Origin: Phoronis australis
Taxonomy: Eukaryota; Animalia; Phoronida
Assembly (NCBI GenBank): GCA_002633005.1
Contig: NMRA01000025.1
Coordinates: 537,900-601,899 of the forward strand
Length of the DNA: 64,000 nucleotides
Reading direction: 5' to 3'
The position numbers and the translations under genes were made by a program. Shown one piece after another: positions 34,658 through 48,300 of this stretch. Each line of letters begins with the position of its first letter. The first letter of the stretch is position 1. The notes beneath the pieces are model-generated. The model worked only from the letters and a program-made list of their open reading frames with translations, was not told the DNA's origin and did not search any database.

Positions 34658-37287
34658 TAATGATTCGTAACTGAAATACAAAATTATTCCATATTATAGT
34701 AAAGTGTCAACAAAATAGAGCCACACCCCAAACGGAACAACATGGCCGCATTACATCACCCTTACAATCTAAATCATCAAAACCTGACTGCATGTCATGA
34801 TAAAATATAAAACAAAACACAACAGTCTGGAACTACATTTATACACCATAATGACAAGTTTCTGATATAAATACTAACAATCTCAAAAGTATCAAAATTA
34901 CAGCTCTTACCTATCATGGCAAACAGCACATCCAATACGCAACCTTTCCCATACACTGCAGAAACAATAATGCCGCCAAAATTACTGAGGTCAGGCTAAA
35001 TACCTCTCTTGGAGTGAATACAGAACCAGTTTGAACTAGTTACCTTACACATCTACTATTTGAAATTACCACCAGAAACAATGCCCTAACAAATCAGCAG
35101 TTACCAATGGTTTATCGGTGGCACTTCCAGACAACCAAGCCAGAGCACCATGGTTCAAATCCTGATAACATTAAATTTTTTAGAAACATTAATAATTTCT
35201 AAAATATATAAAATACACCACTATCACACTAAGCTAGCTGTATGAAGACTATCGTCAAAATACAGCTAGGTACCTCTGCGTGTTCAGCGGGAAATGATGA
35301 CAGCTTCGCAGCAGCAAAATTTCTTCCGAGATTCAGTTTGCTGGTATTAAAATACTTAAAACATATATTAAGGAAATGAAACCAGTTCTGATAATTTGTT
35401 GTGACATGTATGTAACTGTAACCTCGTGAAAGAAGAGCAGTTGACTGAATAATCAGCGAAAAATGAAAGTGGCACAATATTTCATGGCACCGAAAGCCAG
35501 TGCAAAAGATCACTCTGCAACTTTAGCAGTAGAACTCAATTTTTCCAAAACCGGTGAACAATTTAATTTACTCAAGGAAGTGTGTAGTTTTCAGTGACAC
35601 CTATTTTTTGTCAGATTTTGTTTGATCATGCAGTTTTTTACCCACATTGGCGCAAAACTGTGTATTAAGTATACAGCTAGTAATTTTTCACACTCTATTC
35701 TATGGTGCCAAACATGAATTTCCCTGATTGATAACTTTTTCCCCTGGACACTTTGTGAAACTCATTCCTCCTATCGGGAGAATTCTCCAGATCTAGGGAA
35801 ATATTTTAAAAATTTTCCCAGTTTAAGAACCTGCTTCAGCCTCCTGGTTGGTTTGTCCAGCTTGGCAGGGCGAATCTTACAACACTGATTGGAAGGGATG
35901 TTTTGCTCCTTGCAAATCTGTGCACGGTTTTATAATCCAAGTCAAGTGTCATAGATGTGCTTCCGGTGAATCATATGAGCCTCTGTTGGCCACTGGTGAA
36001 AGGGCAATAGAATGGTTTGTAGTTTTCCGGTTTTATCGGGGTCGCTGGTTCGATTCACGGGCTGTTACTACACGAGTAAATGCTTACACATGATGACATT
36101 CAAGACTCAAGTGCATAGTCTGAAATTCTGCCAATTCTGTGGTAATCAAACCTGCAACCTCTTGGCCGACAGCACATGTAGCCAGGTACACGCAGTTACT
36201 TGCAACTTTGCTCTGTCCTTTCAGCTTGGCACTCAGTGTCTGTATTAAAAAGTCGGTATACAGATGGGGCTCAGTTGTGACTTTCAGCTAACAGAAGAAA
36301 TACAGTGAAACTGAGTGAAAGGTCGCCTTGTTCCAAGTTTTGAAGGGCTGGTACTTTTTGCTTCAAAAGCCAGTCGTCTTTACCTGTTGACCAAAGAGCA
36401 ATTGCCTGTAGGCGAGTGATTGAGAGAGATTTTTATACTACAACTCTGACAGTAGACTCACCAGAGAAATCACCCACGTCAAAATGCACCCGTCCCCCAA
36501 AAAAATCAAACAAGGATCGCAAAATGCTGACATGACCCATAAGTCCTCCAAATCGACCCATATTTTCCAGGCCCTGTGGGTCAGTTGACCCATTTCCACA
36601 TTTTTCATAAAAGATTCTTGAGATACGGTGTTTTAATGGAGAGAACTTTCTGATGTAGGCAATCCGTAATAGAGCATATACCTGTAGAATTATCTTCTGT
36701 TACGAGTAAAACAGCAGAAATTGGCAGGAATACGTAAAATGAAATCATTCGTAATCTTAAATGTGTGTTCTCAGACTGAGACATTGCCGGGTGATAGTTT
36801 CACTAAGCTCTTGCAATAAACATGTATTTGCATGCTCCTAGCTATGCTAATGTATAGCAGCAACTAAATGACAGTGCTATTTTAACATCATCTTACGCTA
36901 AGCAAAGTGCAGTTGTATTCATTGACAACTTGTAAATGTGTAAACAAAAAATTCTGCAAATAGGTGACCTTTGCACTAATGAAGTACCTTAGGGGCTTAC
37001 ATAACCCATATCATGCAATGTTATTCCCTAATACCACGTCACGATACTTACTGGACTTGGTTGAGTGATTTACGGCAGATCATTTTCAACACAAAACTTG
37101 TTCTTAAGAACATTTGACAATTTTCAACGAATTTCATATTCACATCATTGCAATAATTTTATGTTGAGTTTCTAACTAAGTTGACATAGCAATCACAGAG
37201 GAATTAGCGTGCAAGTTCCACTTTAAAGAGTTTTGTTTGCTCCAAGAATTATAGCCTGGAATTTCTCCATTGCAGGTACTTTGAAGT

Positions 37288-40200
37288 ATGAGGCTTATAC
37301 GCCATTGTTGTGGCGCATGGACGCTGTGTAAATCGCAGTATGTGTCTTCCATTCTATCAAGGTTCTTGTCAAGTGAAGCCAACCGTGGTGATGTCACAGA
37401 TGCGTCCAGGATCAGAAACATTGGCATTTCTGCACATATTGATTCAGGCAAGACAACTCTAACCGAACGCATTCTCTTCTACACGGGCCGCATTGCTGAG
37501 ATTCATGAGGTCCGGGGAAAAGATGGCGTTGGTGCCACAATGGACTCCATGGAATTGGAACGTCAACGCGGGATCACGATACAGTCTGCCGCCACCTACA
37601 CCACATGGAAGGAGGTGAACGTTAACATAATTGACACCCCTGGGCATGTTGACTTCACCGTAGAGGTAGAGAGAGCTCTCAGAGTTCTCGATGGCGCAGT
37701 ATTGGTGTTGTGTGCCGTTGGTGGCGTCCAGAGCCAGACATTCACGGTCAACCGTCAGATGCGGCGCTACCAAGTGCCGTGTCTGGCATTTATAAATAAA
37801 CTGGATCGGATGAACGCTGATCCAGAGCGTGTACTGAAACAGTTGAGAACAAAGTTAAATCATAATGCTGCATTCATTCAACTGCCAATTGGAACTGAGA
37901 ACAATTGCACGGGGATTGTGGACTTGATAGATAGGAAGAGCCTTTACTTCGGAGACCCAATGGGACTGAATGTCACCGAGGGTGAAATCCCTATTGACAT
38001 GAAAATGGAGTGTGAAGAACGTCGACAAGAACTCATCGAGCATGTAGCAAATGTGGATGAGTGTCTTGGTGAAATGTTTCTAGAGGAAAAAACACCGAGT
38101 GAAAATGATGTCAAAGCGGCCATTAGGAGAAGTGTGATAAAGCGGGTGTTCACACCAGTTCTGGTGGGGACAGCGTTGAAAAATAAAGGGGTGCAGCCCC
38201 TACTAGATGCTGTTGTCTCTTATTTGCCTGACCCCACAGAGGTGGACAATTACGCTCTTGATGAGACTGAGGAAGATAATTCCAAACGAGTGTTGATGAA
38301 TCCCGAGCGGTCTGACCAGCATCCATATGTTGGTCTCGCGTTCAAACTAGAGGCAGGACGGTTTGGCCAGCTGACCTATATCAGGGTGTACCAGGGTCAC
38401 CTAAAGAAAGGGGAGACAATCTACAATACACGAACAGGCAAGAAGACCAAGGTGTCGCGCCTTGCTCGTATGCATGCTAGTGAGATGGAAGAGGCAAGTG
38501 AACTGAACTTCTGTGTGTGATTTTTTTTAAAAAGCATGTCCTTAACTATCAGCAGTTTCTTCGAAATATGAAATGCATGCTGGTCTAATAGCCATTGTAT
38601 GTTTTTAAAATTTCTAAAATGTTTGTGGAAATCATTTACAAGGAAAGGAAAATTAACAAAGGCTCGTTATGGGCGAGGAGATCTGATAAAAAGGTACATT
38701 TTATAGACTTTTGAAAATGTTTATATGTTATCGAAGATTCTTCCCTGTGCACAGGCTGTTTGAGATCGACCAACTCCATGGCAACCAATATTCTCAGAAA
38801 TCTCGAACAGCGTGTTGGATTGCTGAGTACGTCGTTTACTTATTGACTCCTTACTTCTTAAAGCTGCTCTGCCATGTTCTGTTCTCAAAAATAACTTTTT
38901 CCAGGTGTGTTTACCCTTCCAAAGCAGCATTGCTGTGTTTTTACGGCTTACTTGACTTCAACTTGAATCCAGAATTTCTGAAAATTATCGTAACGGCCAC
39001 AGTGCCTTGACAGCTGTGGCCAACCTGCTGGACTTACAGCCTGTTCTTAAAATGAACTGCTGCTTTTTCTAGGTAAATGAAGTGTTTGCTGGTGACATCT
39101 GTGCACTGTTTGGAATAGACTGTGCCAGTGGTGACACATTCGTCACCAAGGGCAACACCAACATCTCCATGGAGTCGATTTACGTGCCTGACCCAGTCAT
39201 CTCCATGTCCATTCGGCCAGAAAACAAAAACAACACGGAGGCCTTCTCGAAGGGCATCAATCGTTTCACCAAGGAGGATCCGACGTTTCGCGTGCATTAT
39301 GACAACGAAAGCAAGGTGTGTCTCTTTGTTGCTTGATAAAACTGCATTTCCTCCTTTTGAAGTTATATTGAGCACTGTTTATGTGACATGACTATTACCT
39401 TGGGACATTTTGTTTCACACAATGGCAAATGTTGAATGTTTTGTTAAAAATTTTCAACAATCTTGATAATGTCATGAAATTAGACTAATTAGCACTTTTG
39501 TGTGATATGATTACCATATAGTCGGAATACAGTTCTTAGGTGATATTTTTGGGTTAATAAACTACTTCATCATTTTATCTCACTTTGAATTTGTCCTTTT
39601 TTGACCCACTGAAGCAGCACTCATTGTAACTTTGATGCACCACAAAAGTCCATTTGGAATGACGTCAAACTTCACTGTTTGTAAATCTGTTGGAATGTAA
39701 TTCTGGTTTTTAATGACATCTTTCAGTTGCTAAAATTTATCATGTTGCCTAAATTAGTGAAAACAAAGGAAAGGATTTTATGTAAAATTATGTAGGACCT
39801 TACCAGCCAAAAACCTATAAAAGTATAGATTTAACTCCGTTAAAGTCTATATTTTCTCAAATTAGAAAGCCTGTAGAATATGATTTTCACTTTATGCAAA
39901 ACTGACATTATGTGGGTAACGTGACCATGTCTTTTAGTAACATTTATTTAAAAAGAATGTCTTTGAGAACAATGCATAAAGCCAAGTGTCTGAAAGTTTC
40001 ATATGATTCCAGTCAGCCATTTGTGAAGTACGATGTTCCGGAGCCAAATTTGGGTATTTTTCTAGGGTCCTGTATAAACTTAAGGAGATAAACGTAACAA
40101 ATGGACCTCCAGATCCAAATTGGCACAAAATGCCTTTTAATTCTAGGAATTTGTGATTAGCATTTATTTTGCACAAGATGTTACACTCACTGTTTAATTC

Positions 40201-42889
40201 TATTTAGGAAACAATTGCTTCTGGCATGGGTGAGCTTCACCTGGACATCTATGCACAGCGTCTGGAACGCGAGTACAACACCAAGTGCAGTCTGGGAAAA
40301 CCCAAGGTGGCATTTCGCGAGACGCTTGTGGAGCCGGTCGAGTTCGATTATCTCCATAAAAAGCAGACGGGTGGCCAGGGACAGTACGGCCGGGTAATAG
40401 GGGTGATGGAGCCCCTAGGACCAGACGAGTATACTAAAATCCAATTTGTTGACGAAACTGTGGGTACAAATGTGCCGAAGACGTACGTACCGTCAATTGA
40501 GAAGGGATTCCGTGCTGCTTGCGAGAAGGGGTTGCTCACGGGGCACCTGGTGTCTGGCCTGAAGATTCGCCTGCAGGATGGTGACCACCACATTGTGGAC
40601 TCGTCCGACTGGGCATTCCAACAAGCTGCAGAGGGAGCCTATAAGCAGGTGAGCTTTATTTGAAACCATATGGCCATTGGCCCAAAGTATTGCAAATACA
40701 ACAACGCTACAAGCAATAAATTGGGACTCTTAAGAGCAAAGCGAACAAATTTTAGATGCGAAATATCAGGAGCTTTTGTTAGGAATTCCAATTTAAATAA
40801 TGTAGGATGATAAAAGCGACCACTAAGTATTGTATCCGAAAATTTTGGTGCGCACTGCACACCAAGAGAAAGTAGTATTTGTTTTCCACACGGCCTTAGT
40901 TCATACCTACTAGACAACCTATTTTCATGAGGAATATTTGTGTGGTGGCCTCTTTCACGAAAGCAGTCGATGGTAAGAACACCACAGTCGATTCCGATTA
41001 ACCATTTCTGAATAATTCTCTTGGAAATACTTTGGTTTAAAACTCACATAGTAAGACAGTTTCACGTTACATTCAATATCCGATATGCAGCCTTGTAGAT
41101 GGCAGTTGCTGACACACTGGGAAAATTCTGTTTAGAAATGTGCTTGTTGTGCCACACTCTGGCTAATTTAAACATATGAAGAGCTGTTCACCAACTGTAG
41201 TTGCCTTACAAAGCTTGCTCAATTACAAGATCTTTCCATCAGATGTGATTATAACACTTTAGTAAATGTTGACTATTCAATGACCTGGATGTCACTCTCA
41301 GACATTGGCAAACAGCACATCATTATGTATACTTACAACATTCTTCACAATTTTAATAATTATTCCAATTCACTTCTCTTTAACAACTTCAGACAGACAC
41401 AATTTCGTGAGTTTGTAATCCCTCATAATTTTTCGAATTCATTTCGTAAATCTCCTCTTTCTCAGTGCATCCACCTGTGGAATGTTATTCCTTGTCATCC
41501 CAAAATAACGCATAGTTTTCAATAATGCATAGTTTTCAATAACGCATAGTTTTCAATAACGCATAGTTTTCAATAACGCATAGTTTTCAATCGCTTAAAC
41601 TTGCTGTGAAAAGATATCATAAATAATCTGCTTGCATATGTTATCGATTTGCAGGCAGTAATTGTATTTTGTTCAATTACTTATGATGAAATAATTAGCT
41701 ATCTAAGTTGAATACTCAATTCTAACATGACCCAGATCTCATTTGAGCGAGTCAGAGTGACTAAATAGTAGCCAGAGTTAATTCTACAGTACACGCCAAA
41801 AGTATTCAGGCAAAATGACCCATAATTCCCTGTCATGACCGCTGGGTAGAAGTGAAATTTACTGTTAGAGTAGTCTCCCCTGATGACTGACAGTGAAGGG
41901 GAATTAACAGGAAAGTTATCAAGGTGTCTCAGCCATTCTGTAATTAGAATTTTGATGCTACAGTACCGTAGTTATTACCAGTTAGTTTTGATGTTACCAG
42001 AATGGGACATCAAGACAGGGAAACGGTGTTTTGTGTGCTGTTATATATCTTGTGTCACAGTATTTAGTTGGATTTAAAGCAATTGAGTTGGGATCGGAAA
42101 AATGTCTTTGCAAGATAAACAGGATCTGTAATTTTAGTAAGGGTAGCCGTTGCTTTCTCATTCAAGATTTGAAAAATCCATTTCTAGCCTTGTTATGTTG
42201 GTCTCAAACTTCTTGTCATTGTGCGAAGAATTGCTTGCTGAAGTAGTTGAATTTAAAGACAAGGGGTTGCACCATACAAAGGCTATTAATACTTCCTAAG
42301 CACTCGATACACTCAAACATATAGATATCAAATCAAATCTTATTACGAGATCTTATCTTGGTTTAAAAACAGAATTGAAATTACCTAAATGGCCGAGCGC
42401 TCGAACTAGCACAATGTACTGTCAGAGTTCAGCAAATCCTGATTAGTGATTTTACTATAAGTGAATTGCATTATTTCTGTGTATTTCAAGATTTTTTGGT
42501 TAATAAAACAAATATAAGGTTATTGTCTTCATTAGGTGTGCGAAGATGGCAACTGGACTATTCTGGAACCAGTAATGACCGTGGAGGTGAATGCACCCAT
42601 CGAGTTCCAGGGCGTCCTGATGGCTGGGCTCAACAAACGCCGTGCCATCATCACAGGTACCGACTCAGCACACGATTACTTTACAGTGTTCTGTGAAGTT
42701 CCGCTCAACGAGATGTTTGGCTATGCGACGGAGCTACGGTCGAACACGCAGGGCAAGGGCGAGTTTTCAATGGAGTATGCCAAGTACTGCCCGACCAACA
42801 CAGAGACACAGATGGAGCTTGTGCGGCTGTTGGAAGAGGAGCGCGAGGCCAGTGCGACTGGCAAAGCAAAGTCTAAGAAAAAGAACTGA
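37288..42889 (+). CDS. GFM1: Mitochondrial elongation factor G1; coding exons 37288-38493, 39073-39315, 40208-40648, 42536-42889 (747 aa)
   Basis: Motifs [63 protein letters not shown] and [14 protein letters not shown]. The N-terminal Arg/Leu/Ser-rich extension resembles a presequence. All three introns are phase 0. Confidence 0.96.
41280..41500 (+). mobile_element. Possible LINE 3' end remnant in a GFM1 intron
   Basis: [17 protein letters not shown] resembles the C-terminal LWNxLP motif of CR1/L2-group ORF2. Confidence 0.35.
41507..41591. repeat. 17-bp minisatellite, 5 copies
   Basis: Unit taacgcatagttttcaa. Confidence 0.9.
41787..42035 (+). repeat. Homolog of the 696-915 repeat, in the last GFM1 intron
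   Basis: Aligned by eye over about 220 bp; begins ta|cagtacac. Confidence 0.6.
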
Positions 42890-45305
42890 TGCTCACATAA
42901 TTAGCGACGGGGCTTCGGTACTCGAGTAATCCCCCTTGATGAGCGACTAGTTGCACTTGAATCATGGACAAACGATGTTGCGTGCCAACTGAGAAATCTC
43001 CACACAGTCCTGTTTCCACAAGTGGTGCTAGTATAAGACAACACTCCCGAGATATCAACCGGACTTATGCTGCGTTGATATTTTGGACATAAAGTACACA
43101 CAGGGCACCCTCTACTCATCTTCCAAAAATGGTCCTGATACTTATTCGAGGATATATAACCACTAGTCAGGGTCCAGAGTCTAATCTTTGTACTCGAAAT
43201 TCTTTATATTTTAAGTTCAACTTTAATCAAGACAAATTGTTGTCTGTTTTTTCTGTGTTCGAGTTTGTGATGGTTTATGCTGATTATTGTGTAGTCCCAA
43301 GTCTGTATTTGATGACCTCTATATTCGAGTTCCAATTTTCAGTGAAGTCGAGAGTTTGAGTAAAAGTTTGAAATTTTGTGTTCTAACTTGAACATGTAGC
43401 CTTATAGTAGAGGTCATCAACTGTAAGCTAGGATGACACAGTTATCCACATAAACCATACATGTAGTATACTCGAGAACAGAATTAGACATTTATCTCAA
43501 GATTGTACAAAAGTAGAATTAAAAATGTCAAAATAATTCCATATCAAATACAAGGAATAGGCTGTAACCCCTGATTACATTGGTTTTCAACAAGGGCTAA
43601 TGAAAGATGTACGTGTAGAAAATAGGCAAAATCTGAAAGCAAAAACTTTCTAATCTCAGTGTTGTTTATCCCATCTAATTTGTTTAAACTACAAGTACCT
43701 GTTTTGAAAATTACAGAACTAGAAAATAGAATGGTTGCTTAGCTACCAAGAATATCATAAAATTGAGGCTACAGACACATCTCCTGTGCAATTAACAAAT
43801 CGTTCATTATAAAGCAATCTTGTCATGCAAAAAAACAAACCAGAGTTCCCAAAATTAATCACAGTGTGTAGTGGTAACAAAAGTTTTATAGTCTGTTCTT
43901 TTGTAAAACAATGGAAGAGCCATTGGCGAGTCAATTTTTAATGAAATTGTGTAGATTTGTGTTTTGTGCTAATTTATTTATTTTTATTGATGAGTTTGCA
44001 TCAAAAGTAAATGAGTGAACAGGACAACATCCTTTTTGTTCCAAACACAAGGTCATGGTTAAAAATAGTGCTTTTTGAGTTCGACCAAACATTCAAAGGA
44101 GAAAGTCAACGTTTTCAGCGTTGCCTCATAATTTTCCAGCATTCAGTACTGTTTTTCAGCTCCTTATTAAAAAGATCACATCTTGTTTCTGTATGAACTT
44201 CCATTGAGTAGACATTATCTTTGGCTTGCTTATGAACACAGCCTGGCGATCACTGTGTTTACTCAATAAATACAGAAGCAATTGGATGTCGACTCATTTT
44301 GAGCTGCTTGTAACTGAATGGCATACGGTGTGAAGGGTTCAGAACTAGTTGTTGGGCATACTATAATACAAAGCATGCCCAAACAAGGGTTCAATACTAT
44401 GTATTGAAAAGAAATTGAAACACTGGTTTTAATGGAAACTTGGAGCAAGGAATAAGTTTTGAACAGCTTGGAAGTGTCGAGCAAAAACGACATGGCATTT
44501 GCGCAGGGCATGGCCCCTGAAAACTGCTGGTGGAAAAACTGCATAAGTGAACGCAGTGTAATCAGTCATTTGTTTTCTTAGTGAAGTTAACTCCAAAAGT
44601 ATTGGCTTTACCCTTTTAGACGTCAACCCATGTTCCCACACATGGTCTCAACACAGCAATGTGCACGTCGTGGAAGGACTTGCACAAAATTTCAAGATAA
44701 CAGGACTGAAGGTGTATACCTAAAACAAGGTTGGGAAGTTATTCTCCTTAATAGTGACCATTTGCAACAAGCAAGATTTTTTAAGTCGTTAAAATCAAGG
44801 TTCAGAGATATAAGTAAACCAGCTACACAACAAAAATTGTATATATAACCTGAAGGAAAAACATTATAGGTGTATATATTTCATAAAACAATTCATTTGT
44901 GATTGGTTAGACGGATGATAAACTACTGAAACTAATAATGAGATTCATAAATGCACTTCTAAGCACAACAGCGTACAGGTAAAAAATACAAGTAAAATTT
45001 TCAATGGTAATTTGCGATTCATGTAAAACCCTTGCCTCAAATGGGGAATTTCCTCATGAGCGCCGATATAGAAACAACATTTTTGAAATAATCAAAACAA
45101 ACGCACATCATGGTAGTGTTTGCTGTTGTTTCTCAGGAGGCGTTTCCAGGTTCCGAAAGACATCCAGCCAAACAATCTTGAGCGTTTTTCAGGTGGTTTT
45201 ATGGAAACTAGAATGTCCGTCAGTTATGCACAGCTACATAAACTTCCATAAGCATCTGATAATGGTATTCAATTCTTTTCATGATCCAACTTTGTCAATT
45301 CTCCC

Positions 45306-48300
45306 CTACAGATCGGATGCTGCCCTTCGCCTTATCCCATCGGCAAGGATACTCTTCTCGTGTTCAGATTCACATTCCAGCTCCTCGATGATTTCATCTA
45401 CGTCGCCCGATTCTTTCTCAGCAACACTCTCCTGAGCATCCCCAATCTTAGTCCTCAAATGAGCCTGGTCACATTCGGCCAACTCACGGTCATCCACATG
45501 ACCATCCTCGCTGACATCATCGCTTGTGTCACCATCAAACTCGAGATCAGAGGTGTTCAAGACATCCTCTTGGCCACAACTGCCATCCATGTCATTATGA
45601 TTAACAAGGTCTTCCATAACTGTATCTTCCGCACAGCTCTCATGTTCCTTCCCACTACCGTATACTGCTGAGATATTATCAACATCCAAGTTGTCTTTAT
45701 TTGATGGCTTCTCACAGCTATTCTCCTGGAGATGGGATAAACACAAGTGATTATGCCTGGTATACTTGCTGACCTTCAATACATGACATACTAAATAAGG
45801 TTGGATAACAATTAGCCAGCCATGTGCACATACAAGTTTAAGAAAGTGCAACTTGCACGCTAATTCCTTATCTCTAAGATTGCTTGTTCAAATTAGTTGG
45901 AAACATAACATACAGTGACGATGTGAATATGAAGTGGGTTGAAAATTGCCAAATGTTTTTGAAGTATAAATTTGTGTCGAAAACGATACGCTGAAAATCA
46001 GAGTAGACAATGTTCAACTAGCATTGTCGTTTAGTTCCAGCTATACATTAGCACAGTTAGCAGCATGCAAATACATGTTTAAGGTTGTGTAGGACCTCAT
46101 CAGCAAGTGTGTACATGCTGCCACATCTGATCTGAGAACTATAAGATTTAACTCTCAGTACAAGTATATTTTTTCTAAAAGTAGAAACTAGCCACTAGAA
46201 TCCATTTCTGCATACCAATCTGCCAGTGATTAGAACTCATGACCATGTCTTTTTAATGAAATTTAGGAAAAAAGAAATGTACATAAGCAGTAAACTATTG
46301 GCATCTGAAATAACATTAACCAAATTTCACATTTTTTCATAAATATCACAAGTCCTGTTTTTGATAACCCAAAAAGTGGATCATTTAAAAAACAATTACA
46401 CACATCATTTTGGAGAACAGGACAAAAAGCATTAAAGTTGAAAGTTAAGTTCAATCTGATCAGTTATATAATATATCTGCAGACATAATAATCCATAGTT
46501 GAAAATTTTTCAAGGGTCTTACATAACCTCAACTAACTTCCGCTTGGTATGGCATTGACAGGAACAAACATTTGAATTATTGAAGGAGAGGGCCAGCACA
46601 CGTTGAGTTTTGTAACTAATGGAAGCAACAGGCCTGGACATATACCACCCTGTAACTAATGGGAGCAACAGGCCTGGACACTTACCACCCTGTAACTAAT
46701 GCAAGCAACAGGCCTGGACATGTATACCACCCTGTAACTAATGGAAGCAACAGGCCTGGACACATACCACCCTGTAACTAATGGAAGCAACAGGCCTGGA
46801 CACATACCACCCTGTAACTAATTGACATCATTTATTATATTATGACTTTCTGGACCAATCTAATAAAGGAACCATAGAATAGTCACATGTCAACCATACT
46901 TACANAGAACAGGACAAAAAGCATTAAAGTTGAAAGTTAAGTTCAATCTGATCAGTTATATAATATATCATCAGACATAATAATCCATAGTTGAAAATTT
47001 TTCAAGGGTCTTACATAACCTCAACTAACTTCCGCTTGGTATGGCATTGACAGGAACAAACATTTGAATTATTGAAGGAGAGGGCCAGCACACGTTGAGT
47101 TTGGTAACTAATGGAAGCAACAGGCCTGGACATATACCACCCTGTAACTAATGGGAGCAACAGGCCTGGACACTTACCACCCTGTAACTAATGGAAGCAA
47201 CAGGCCTGGACATGTATACCACCCTGTAACTAATGGAAGCAACATGCCTGGACACATACCACCCTGTAACTAATGGAAGCAACAGGCCTGGACACATACC
47301 ACCCTGTAACTAATTGACATCATTTATTATATTATGACTTTCTGGACCAATCTAATAAAGGAACCATAGAATAGTCACATGTCAACCATACTTACAAGAG
47401 AGGACTCAGTGCTTGTGAATACTACAACATACTTTGGCTCATCTCACTATATCCAAAATAATACATTTTCTTGAAAAAAAATGTTTTGCTCAAATGCAGG
47501 TGCACACTTCCATGCTTCAACTATAGGCACAGGCAGCTATTCCTTGTATGTATGCAGGTCTAAAATGGCCGGTGTGCTTCTTGTGTAGGTTTGCCCACGT
47601 TTAGTAGTTTTCATTTTATTACCGACTTCATTAGTATTGAATACAAGTCAACATCTACCATTTTGTAATGGACAATTTTAAAAGCTTGATTCACATACTA
47701 TTTCAAAATTTTGCTCTATGCTTTATGCTCTAAGTGCACACAGGCCCCCTTATGGATGTAGGCGATGATTCTCATATGGGCTCATGCGCCTAAATAAGTG
47801 CATAATTATGTACCTTGCTGAGTTTTTCTTGAGTCATGCTTTCCACATCCTCTGTCTTTTTGCTGACTGCCTGCATGGCCTTCATAATTTGTTTCATTTG
47901 TTCCTCAGTCTCAAGGAGGCGTTGCTGCAGAACCCTGAGTTCTTGTGTGCCTGTAAAGATGAGAACCAAGTGTTGCAGTCTTGACAATATACCACAAATT
48001 TCGGAAATAGTTGTTACTAAAAGGTTCCTCAATTTAGAGCAAGATAAGGTGAAACAATGAAATCTTATTTCGTTAACTTCTTGGCAAAAACAGAATAAAA
48101 TATGCTTACTAAAGCAGCTATAAACCTGCACCATAACATGAGTTCTGCATCGTCCCAGTTTACCCCAACCGTTCATGAACAGCCCACTGTCATATCAGTT
48201 ACCCAGCACTAATGAAGTGGAAATAATTCCATCCCCACTACTTTGCTCATCAGAAAAGAAGCTGAAATTAACTCAATCTATCAATGCAGTTACAACTACA

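Noticed and set aside
37288-38520. Bacterial fusA contamination or horizontal transfer
   Set aside because: It has spliceosomal introns, a presequence-like N-terminus and metazoan EF-G1-type sequence.
46413-47395. About 490-bp tandem duplication in a RIC3 intron
   Set aside because: The copies meet at a single n (~46904), consistent with overlapping contig ends or haplotypes.
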